Positions 1 to 4,777 of a stretch of 6,104 nucleotides of DNA are shown in pieces. Under the pieces are notes generated by a model. That model was given only the letters and a program-made list of their open reading frames with translations, was not told the DNA's origin and made no database searches. This DNA comes from a virus. Lineage: Duplodnaviria; Heunggongvirae; Uroviricota; Caudoviricetes. Location: the IMG/VR virus record IMGVR_UViG_2579778721_000001, positions 1-6,104 of that record. The stretch is one strand, 5' to 3'. The position numbers and the translations under genes were made by a program. Numbering within the stretch: position 1 is the first letter of the stretch; each line of letters begins with the position of its first letter.

Positions 1-351
1 TCACCAGAAAATTGATAACAGAGGGCGTTGCAGCGGGGTTGTCACTTAAGCGTATGGTCAACCTGACAACCCGGTGTCCTCAACGGGGGAAGGAATAACC
101 CCGCCATACTTACCGCCGCGCCATTTCGCGGATTGCCACAACCGGAAGCGCACGGTCGACGAAAATTTAACGACAGGCTATCTATGAACCAGCTACCTCG
201 CCGTGCGCTTTCGCGTTATGGTCTGACTTTTCAGGGAAATATCCTTTCAGTAAACTGTCAGTGCCGGATGCTCACCCGTGTCCGGCGCACGCACTCCACC
301 TCACCCGTGGAGAACTCCTTAATTACCAACCTTAGCTTCGTTGGTTATCTA

Positions 352-570
352 TTAACGCGGGTATGTAATCATTCTGGCAATGCTTAATGCCGCTGCTTTT
401 TCCAGCCTGGTGATATCCTGCTCCAGAGCGGACAGATTTTCAGCCTGCTTAGCTCTGGCTTCATTAGCCCATTTCAGATCCTGCGCTGCATTAATTTTCT
501 GGCGCATCCACTCATAAAGTTCATCATCGGTATAGTCTGGCGCGATGATGACGGGTTCTCGTTTCTGCAT
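352..570 (-). CDS. Hypothetical small protein (72 aa), distal gene of the leftward early operon; YdfC-like by size and position only
   Basis: ORF in supplied track. ATG at 570-568 with a GAGGA Shine-Dalgarno (complement of 577-581) about 6 nt upstream. Tandem in-frame stops TAA/TAG. Same strand and tight spacing with the two upstream small ORFs. Confidence 0.6.
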   Translation of the reverse strand: MQKREPVIIAPDYTDDELYEWMRQKINAAQDLKWANEARAKQAENLSALEQDITRLEKAAALSIARMITYPR

Positions 571-599
571 ACTGATTCCTCGCGGTGCTGTTTCGCTTA

Positions 600-710
600 T
601 CAGCCGTTAGATTTTCCCGAACTGGAAAGCGCCTGTTTAAATTCACTGAAGCTGAGAGCTTCTTCGCCTTCGGCAAGACCATCGAAGTATTCTTCGTAAG
701 CCTTTTCCAT
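600..710 (-). CDS. Small protein, 36 aa (MEKAYEEYFDGLAEGEEALSFSEFKQALSSSGKSNG); middle gene of leftward operon
   Basis: Manual translation of the minus strand; absent from the ORF track, presumably below its length cutoff. ATG at 710-708, stop TGA (complement of 600-602). Start lies 19 nt after the stop of the 730..885 ORF and its stop 29 nt before the next ATG. No clear SD, so it rests mainly on operon context and acidic, non-random composition. Confidence 0.4.
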   Translation of the reverse strand: MEKAYEEYFDGLAEGEEALSFSEFKQALSSSGKSNG

Positions 711-729
711 GATTGTGTCGAAATCCATA

Positions 730-885
730 TCACTCACCTGAGTTTCTTTCCAGCCAGCGACGGGCACCATTTTCGGTTTTAAACGTTTTGCTTTTGGTAT
801 ACGTCATCGCGGTGAATGTGCCGTCCTGGTTGGGAAACACGCCGTACACCAGAGATTCGTTGTTGCCAAGCTCGATAGTATCCAT
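730..885 (-). CDS. Small protein, 51 aa (MDTIELGNNESLVYGVFPNQDGTFTAMTYTKSKTFKTENGARRWLERNSGE); first gene after the pL-like promoter; possibly DUF1391 (YdfA/YdaF-type)
   Basis: Manual translation; absent from the ORF track. ATG at 885-883 preceded by GAGG (complement of 891-894) with a 5-nt spacer. Stop TGA (complement of 730-732). Size and position match the first small gene of Rac/Qin-type leftward operons; family assignment is from memory, not a search. Confidence 0.55.
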   Translation of the reverse strand: MDTIELGNNESLVYGVFPNQDGTFTAMTYTKSKTFKTENGARRWLERNSGE

Positions 886-954
886 GCTGACCTCATTTCC
901 CCTTAACGCCGGGTGGCGGAACTAAAACCTACAGCGCCGTGCTGTTCTTGATAG

Positions 955-977
955 AAATATTAGTAACGCGGATATTT
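955..977. promoter_or_regulatory. Putative operator (OL-type) palindrome AAATAT-N11-ATATTT overlapping the pL -10
   Basis: Inverted repeat AAATAT (955-960) / ATATTT (972-977). Contains the 9-mer AAATATTAG that recurs at 1044-1052 and, inverted, at 1671-1679 in the pR region. Confidence 0.4.
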
Positions 978-985
978 TAAGTCAA
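957..985 (-). promoter_or_regulatory. pL-like sigma70 promoter for the leftward operon
   Basis: On the minus strand: -35 TTGACT (complement of 980-985), 17-bp spacer, -10 TAATAT (complement of 957-962). About 65 nt upstream of the ATG at 885. The -10 sits inside the operator-like motif CTAATATTT. Confidence 0.45.
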
Positions 986-1042
986 CAGTATGGCGTATGA
1001 TATTTTTGATTTGGTAACTATGTAAATGTTTTTTCAAGGGAA

Positions 1043-1056
1043 AAATATTAGTTATA
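1043..1056. promoter_or_regulatory. Second copy of the operator-like 9-mer AAATATTAG (possible OL2 or secondary promoter)
   Basis: AAATATTAGT at 1044-1053 matches 955-964 at 10 of 10 positions (11 of 13 over the extended site). No convincing -35 at 17 bp, so more likely a binding site than a promoter. Confidence 0.3.
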
Positions 1057-1082
1057 CAGCTGATTTGCAGAAGTTATGGCAC

Positions 1083-1112
1083 AAAAAAACCGACTAAGAC
1101 GTCGGTTTTTTT
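1083..1112. terminator. Bidirectional Rho-independent terminator between the repressor gene and the leftward operon
   Basis: A-run (1083-1089), stem CCGAC (1090-1094), loop TAAGAC, stem GTCGG (1101-1105), T-run (1106-1112). The hairpin is followed by a U-run on either strand. Sits 27 nt past the repressor stop. Confidence 0.7.
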
Positions 1113-1138
1113 GTTGTGGATGGGGTAGTGAGCGGTGG

Positions 1139-1600
1139 CTACTGGTTACGTTTCTTTAGTGCCAGCATGTTCTCGAAGGCTTCCTCGTAGAGCTTGTTTA
1201 GTCCACGTAGCTGGTTAAGGAGTTTGGCTTTTTCTGACGCAGGTAGAATCTCGAAGAGGTTAAGTAACTCTGCCTGTTCTTCATTGACCAGCCTCCATCC
1301 TTTGCCTGAAAAGTTATCATCATAAGTATCTGATGATCTTACATAATTCATTAAGTCTTTAAGGTCTTCTCGAATGTCCTCTGGTTTTACCTTTAACAGA
1401 GCCGCAAATTTTAGCGCAGCGTCGGTATTTACCGGTATCTTGCCGTTCAGATACTGGCTAACGGTGCCTTGAGATTCGAATCCCAACAACTCAGCCGCCA
1501 GCTCTTGAGTCAGCTTCAGCTCTTTTTTTCTTGCATTCCATGCGGCTTTTAAATTCTTGCTCGCTTCTGGAGTTGCAATCACTTCGCGTGTTTTTTTCAT
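1139..1600 (-). CDS. Prophage repressor, HTH XRE/cI-type N-terminal domain, 153 aa, no S24 peptidase domain (DicA/RacR-type)
   Basis: ORF in track. The HTH segment QELAAELLGFESQGTVSQYLNGKIPVNTDAALKFAALLKV matches the lambda cI helix-turn-helix pattern ([39 protein letters not shown]). Divergent from a Cro-like gene. At 153 aa it is too short for a LexA-like C-terminal domain. No SD upstream of the ATG, consistent with a leaderless mRNA. Confidence 0.85.
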   Translation of the reverse strand: MKKTREVIATPEASKNLKAAWNARKKELKLTQELAAELLGFESQGTVSQYLNGKIPVNTDAALKFAALLKVKPEDIREDLKDLMNYVRSSDTYDDNFSGKGWRLVNEEQAELLNLFEILPASEKAKLLNQLRGLNKLYEEAFENMLALKKRNQ

Positions 1601-1606
1601 ACATAG

Positions 1607-1634
1607 AGTTTATTTGTTTTACCAATATTATCAA
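1607..1634 (-). promoter_or_regulatory. Candidate pRM-like promoter producing a leaderless repressor mRNA
   Basis: On the minus strand: -35 TTGATA (complement of 1629-1634), 16-bp spacer, -10 TAAACT (complement of 1607-1612), ending 6 nt before the ATG at 1600. Weak hexamers, as expected for an activated maintenance promoter. Speculative. Confidence 0.3.
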
Positions 1635-1648
1635 AGATAGTCTGGCTA

Positions 1649-1677
1649 TTGATCTTTAAAATTAGCGGGGCTAATAT
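1649..1677 (+). promoter_or_regulatory. pR-like sigma70 promoter for the rightward early operon
   Basis: -35 TTGATC (1649-1654), 17-bp spacer, -10 TAATAT (1672-1677). About 30 nt upstream of the cro-like ATG at 1708. Overlapped by the palindrome ATTAGC-GGG-GCTAAT (1661-1675). Confidence 0.5.
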
Positions 1678-1679
1678 TT
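1658..1679. promoter_or_regulatory. Putative OR operator palindrome (AAAATTAGCGGGGCTAATATTT)
   Basis: Inverted repeat ATTAGC / GCTAAT around a GGG centre. The right half CTAATATTT is the reverse complement of the AAATATTAG motif in the pL region and overlaps the pR -10. Confidence 0.45.
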
Positions 1680-1707
1680 GCTCGAGGCATAACGTAGAAG
1701 GTTGGCT

Positions 1708-1983
1708 ATGAACTTAAGAGACTATTTAAAAGAGAAACATATCACCCAGCTACAGTTTGGGAAGCTAACGGGTTTATCTCAGGTGCATGTAAGTCGAGTG
1801 CTGGGGGGCTATGAAAGATTCAGCCCTGAAAAAGCATTACGTGTTGCTGAAGTAACGAATTTCGAGGTTACACCTCATGAACTCCGGCCTGATATTTACC
1901 CGAATCCAACCGACGGCTTACCTGTTGGATTCAAGGCTAACACACCAAATGCATCGGAGTTGATTCATGAAAATCAGGCATGA
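1708..1983 (+). CDS. Cro-like early regulator, YdaS-type HTH protein (91 aa from ATG 1708; the track ORF begins at an upstream TTG at 1702)
   Basis: ORF in track. GAAGG SD (1696-1700) 7 nt before ATG 1708. Divergent from the repressor. HTH-like segment LTGLSQVHVSRVL and a C-terminal ELRPD motif typical of YdaS/Cro-type proteins (from memory). Confidence 0.75.
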   Translation: MNLRDYLKEKHITQLQFGKLTGLSQVHVSRVLGGYERFSPEKALRVAEVTNFEVTPHELRPDIYPNPTDGLPVGFKANTPNASELIHENQA

Positions 1984-2392
1984 GCACATCCGCATGGCGA
2001 TGAATGCCTGGGCGCATCCGGACGGTGAAAAAGTTCCGGCAGCTGAAATAACCCGGGCTTATTTTGAGCTTGGTATGACGTTCCCGGAATTATATGACGA
2101 CAGCCATCCGGAAGCCCTGGCTCGCAATACCCAGAAAATTTTCCGCTGGGTGGAGAAAGACACTCCTGATGCGGTTAAAAAAATTCAGGCGTTGTTACCA
2201 GCGATCGAAAAAGCAATGCCGCCTCTGCTGGTGGCCCGAATGCGCAGCCACAGTTCAGCTTATTTTCGGGAGCTGGTGGAGACGCGGGAACGACTGGTGA
2301 GAGACGCTGATGATTTTGTCGCAGTGGCGATCGCTGGTTTCAACCAGATGAATCGTGGTGGCCCTGCAGGAAATATTGTGGCTGTGCATTGA
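1967..2392 (+). CDS. YdaT-type protein (cII functional analogue), 141 aa
   Basis: ORF in track. ATG 1967 overlaps the upstream stop (1981-1983) by 17 nt, with GGAG SD at 1956-1959. N-terminus MKIRHEHI and overall size match my recollection of the YdaT family; not verified by search. Confidence 0.7.
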   Translation: MKIRHEHIRMAMNAWAHPDGEKVPAAEITRAYFELGMTFPELYDDSHPEALARNTQKIFRWVEKDTPDAVKKIQALLPAIEKAMPPLLVARMRSHSSAYFRELVETRERLVRDADDFVAVAIAGFNQMNRGGPAGNIVAVH

Positions 2393-2463
2393 CTCGCAAT
2401 ATTCATACCGGATCACTTCCGGCAATTTGTGAGTAAAAAGATTCGGTATCAGAAGAGGTGAGT

Positions 2464-3504
2464 ATGGCTAACGCCTGGCTCAGATTATGGCATGACATGC
2501 CAAATGACCCTAAGTGGCGAACAATTGCCAGGGTGTCAGGGCAGCCAATTGCAACAGTGATGGCAGTGTATATCCACCTTCTGGTGAGCGCGTCACGAAA
2601 TGTCACGACATGTCACGGCGTGTCACTACGTGGTCACATTGATGTCACGACGGAAGATTTAGCAAGTGCGCTTGATGTGACGGAAGAAGTAATTGATTCA
2701 ATTTTACAGGCAATGCAGGGGCGGGTACTTGATGGAGATTTAATCACCGGATGGGAAAAACGCCAGGTACTGAAAGAGGACAATGGCAACGTTTCACAAA
2801 CCGCGAAATCCCCGGCAGAGCGCAAGAGAGCGCAGCGCGAGAGGGAAAAATTACGAAAACAGAATGAGGGGTGTCACGACGAGTCACGCATATGTCACGA
2901 CATGTCACGACGAGTCACGACAGATAAAGATACAGATAAAGAATTAAACCCCACACATAACGCGCACGTGCGCGAGAGTGCTCCGACCAGTGAGTCGAGT
3001 GGTACGCCGTTGCAGGCAGCAGAACCTGCATCCCTGGATGGACTGAGCGAACCCATCGGGAAATTTCCGATGGTCGATGACTGGCATCCGTCGCCGGATT
3101 TTCGACGACGGGCTGCGTTGTGGGGGATGGCTTTGCCGGAGCCGGAATTTACACCTGCTGAACTTGCCGCTTTCCGGGACTACTGGGCAGCGGAGGGGAA
3201 AGTTTTCACGCAGGTTCAGTGGGAGCAGAAATTCGCCCGTCACGTAAATCACGTCAGGGCGCAGGTTAAGCCAGTCAGCAAGGGGGTAAACCATGCAGCA
3301 GCACCAGGTGGCACCGCATCACGGGCAGTTCAGGAAATTCGGGCAGCACGTGAGCAGTGGGAACGTGAAAACGGATTTATCAGCGACGGAAACGGTCTGG
3401 AAGCTGTGGGAACTCATGGGGGAGGTTTATTCGAACCGCTGGACCCAGAAGAACGGGGCCGCACCTTCGAAGCTCTGGATTGCACAGATTGGCGCGATGA
3501 CTGA
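2464..3504 (+). CDS. Replication initiator (lambda O analogue): N-terminal DNA-binding region plus DnaT-like C-terminal domain; contains the putative origin
   Basis: ORF in track (GTG 2458; ATG 2464 preferred, GAGG SD at 2455-2458). Residues around FPMVDDWHPSPDFRRRAALWGMALPEPEFTPAELAAFRDYWAAEGKVFTQVQWEQKFARH align closely with the E. coli DnaT C-terminal domain ([59 protein letters not shown], from memory). Iteron arrays lie inside the gene, as in lambda O. Confidence 0.8.
   Translation: MANAWLRLWHDMPNDPKWRTIARVSGQPIATVMAVYIHLLVSASRNVTTCHGVSLRGHIDVTTEDLASALDVTEEVIDSILQAMQGRVLDGDLITGWEKRQVLKEDNGNVSQTAKSPAERKRAQREREKLRKQNEGCHDESRICHDMSRRVTTDKDTDKELNPTHNAHVRESAPTSESSGTPLQAAEPASLDGLSEPIGKFPMVDDWHPSPDFRRRAALWGMALPEPEFTPAELAAFRDYWAAEGKVFTQVQWEQKFARHVNHVRAQVKPVSKGVNHAAAPGGTASRAVQEIRAAREQWERENGFISDGNGLEAVGTHGGGLFEPLDPEERGRTFEALDCTDWRDD
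2591..2651. repeat. Iteron array 1: six direct copies of GTCAC(G/N)(A/N)C at 10-11 bp phasing
   Basis: GTCAC starts at 2592, 2602, 2612, 2622, 2633 and 2644. Spacing is not a multiple of 3, so the repeat is at DNA level, not protein level. Confidence 0.7.
2871..2921. repeat. Iteron array 2: five direct copies of GTCACGAC-type repeat at 10-11 bp phasing
   Basis: GTCAC starts at 2873, 2883, 2894, 2904 and 2914. Same orientation as array 1. Immediately followed by an AT-rich tract. Confidence 0.75.
2922..2947. other. AT-rich tract with direct repeat CAGATAAAGA x2 next to iteron array 2 (candidate DNA-unwinding element of the origin)
   Basis: cagataaagatacagataaagaattaaa is far more AT-rich than the surrounding coding sequence and directly abuts the last iteron, mirroring lambda ori architecture (iterons followed by an AT-rich region). 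Confidence 0.5.
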
Positions 3505-3958
3505 GCAGCAAATCCGACAGGTCTGCCGCCAGTGCATGGACCGCTGCCGGGCGGGTGAAACATGGCCTCCGGACCTGGCTGAGTTTGTGGCGCTGATTTC
3601 AGAAAGCGGGGCCAATCCATTTGGCCTGACGGTGGATGCTGTGATGGAGGAGTACCGCCGCTGGCGTGATGAGTCCTGGCGATATGACGGAAGCGACAAA
3701 TATCCGTGGCCTCAGCCTGTGCTGTACCACATCTGCCTCGAAATGCGTACCAGAGGGATTGAGCGCCAGATGACGCAGGGTGAGTTAAAACGACTTGCGG
3801 AACGGCAACTGACGAAATGGGCAAAGCATGTTGGTAACGGGATGAGTGTTCCGCCAGTGCGACGACAACTGGAAGGGGCGAAACACCCGCAAGGGCCAAC
3901 GCCAATTGAACGGCTGAAACAGGAATACGAACGCCGGAAGGCAGCTGGTTTTATTTGA
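3293..3958 (+). CDS. Lambda P-like replication protein (helicase loader), 221 aa
   Basis: ORF in track. Strong SD AGGGGG (3281-3286) 6 nt before ATG 3293. Colinear similarity to lambda P from memory: WIAQIGAMTEQ vs WVLAFRENGITTMEQ, YPWPQPVLYHICLEM vs YPWKSNAHYWLVTNL, ELKRLAERQLTKWAKHVGNG vs EFRRKAADELVHMTARINRG. The alignment register supports the 3293 start over the downstream ATGs. Confidence 0.7.
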   Translation: MQQHQVAPHHGQFRKFGQHVSSGNVKTDLSATETVWKLWELMGEVYSNRWTQKNGAAPSKLWIAQIGAMTEQQIRQVCRQCMDRCRAGETWPPDLAEFVALISESGANPFGLTVDAVMEEYRRWRDESWRYDGSDKYPWPQPVLYHICLEMRTRGIERQMTQGELKRLAERQLTKWAKHVGNGMSVPPVRRQLEGAKHPQGPTPIERLKQEYERRKAAGFI

Positions 3959-3991
3959 ATCTGAGAAACGATTTTGTCGGAGGAAATTTTA

Positions 3992-4762
3992 ATGGAAACC
4001 GTATTTGACGCACTGAAAGCAATGGGAAAAGCCACATCGGTAGAACTGGCCGCGCGACTTGATATCAGTCGTGAAGAGGTTCTCAACGAGCTGTGGGAAC
4101 TCAAAAGAAATGGCGTCGTTGATAAAACTGGTCACACCTGGTTTCTGGCTGGCGAAGGTGAATCCCGGGTAACCGAAGAGCGGCCAGTAAAATCTGAAGC
4201 ACAGGATATGCTGACCGGGGAGGTCGAACAAAAAGTTACCGCAGACATGATGATTGAGTTTATCGGTCAGGATGGTGCTAAAACGTGTGAGGAACTGGCG
4301 GGTAAGTTCGGCGTCAGTACTCGCAAGGTTGCCTCCACGCTGGCGGTGGTAACCGCAACGGGGCGGCTGGCACGCGTTAATCAGAACGGTAAATTTCGTT
4401 ACTGCATGCCGGGCGATAATTTACCAGCAGAGCCGAAAGCCGCGCTGGTAACGGAAAGTGATGGTAAGGCCTTTCCTCAGCCAGCAGGTGCTGCGTTACC
4501 AGTCCGGGAAGCCGCAACACAGGAAGAAATTAAAACAGAAACTGTGGCGGACATTGTGCAGCCGTTGCCATCGTTTACCGAAACGCAAGCAGATGAGCTG
4601 ATTTTTCCGTCCCTTCGCAGGGCAAACCTGGCGCTGCGCAGGGCGAAAAGTGATGTTCAGAAGTGGGAGCGAGTCTGCGCCGCGCTGCGGGAGGTGAACA
4701 AGCACCGGGATATTGTTCGACAGATTACTGATTCTTCCCGCCGTGTTGTATCGGAAAAGTGA
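3992..4762 (+). CDS. Hypothetical protein with two tandem winged-helix-like modules (256 aa from ATG 3992; the track ORF begins at TTG 3974)
   Basis: ORF in track. GGAGG SD (3979-3983) 8 nt before ATG 3992. Two internal HTH-like repeats (residues about 7-50 and 90-135). Confidence 0.7.
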   Translation: METVFDALKAMGKATSVELAARLDISREEVLNELWELKRNGVVDKTGHTWFLAGEGESRVTEERPVKSEAQDMLTGEVEQKVTADMMIEFIGQDGAKTCEELAGKFGVSTRKVASTLAVVTATGRLARVNQNGKFRYCMPGDNLPAEPKAALVTESDGKAFPQPAGAALPVREAATQEEIKTETVADIVQPLPSFTETQADELIFPSLRRANLALRRAKSDVQKWERVCAALREVNKHRDIVRQITDSSRRVVSEK

Positions 4763-4777
4763 TTGCCGGAGGCGCTT

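Noticed and set aside
133-387. Plus-strand ORF of 84 aa in the track
   Set aside because: Begins at a TTG with no SD, has an Arg-rich, low-complexity translation, and lies in a hairpin-rich tract whose minus strand is the transcribed strand of the leftward operon. More likely non-coding.
524-925. Track ORFs 524..733 (minus), 585..782 (plus) and 713..925 (plus)
   Set aside because: They overlap the better-supported minus-strand small genes (352..570, 600..710, 730..885) in other frames or on the opposite strand, lack SD sequences, and their translations look non-genic.
2227-2234. Chi site GCTGGTGG on the plus strand
   Set aside because: A single octamer occurrence in 6 kb is about the background expectation for enterobacterial DNA; no clustering or orientation bias to suggest a functional role here.
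2094-2300. Plus-strand ORF of 68 aa inside the YdaT-like gene
   Set aside because: Alternative-frame ORF embedded in a well-supported gene; Arg/Trp/Cys-rich translation typical of an off-frame read.
1708-2464. Search for an N antiterminator gene and nut sites (boxA CGCTCTTA plus boxB hairpin) in the early operons
   Set aside because: No Arg-rich N-like ORF follows pL, and the cro-like and cII-like genes overlap, leaving no room for a nutR. A short ACAGC/GCTGT hairpin in the pL leader has no adjacent boxA. Consistent with Rac/Qin-type prophages, which lack N.
2591-2921. Possibility that the short GTCACGAC repeats are a CRISPR array or a protein-level repeat
   Set aside because: The repeat unit is only about 8 bp with 2-3 bp between units, far shorter than CRISPR repeats and spacers, and it lies inside a coding gene. 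The 10-11 bp period is not codon-phased, so it is not a peptide repeat. The iteron/origin interpretation fits better.
3239-3256. Isolated GTCACG / CACGTCA elements inside the initiator gene
   Set aside because: A single short, partially palindromic occurrence outside the two phased arrays; likely chance given the codon usage of the region.
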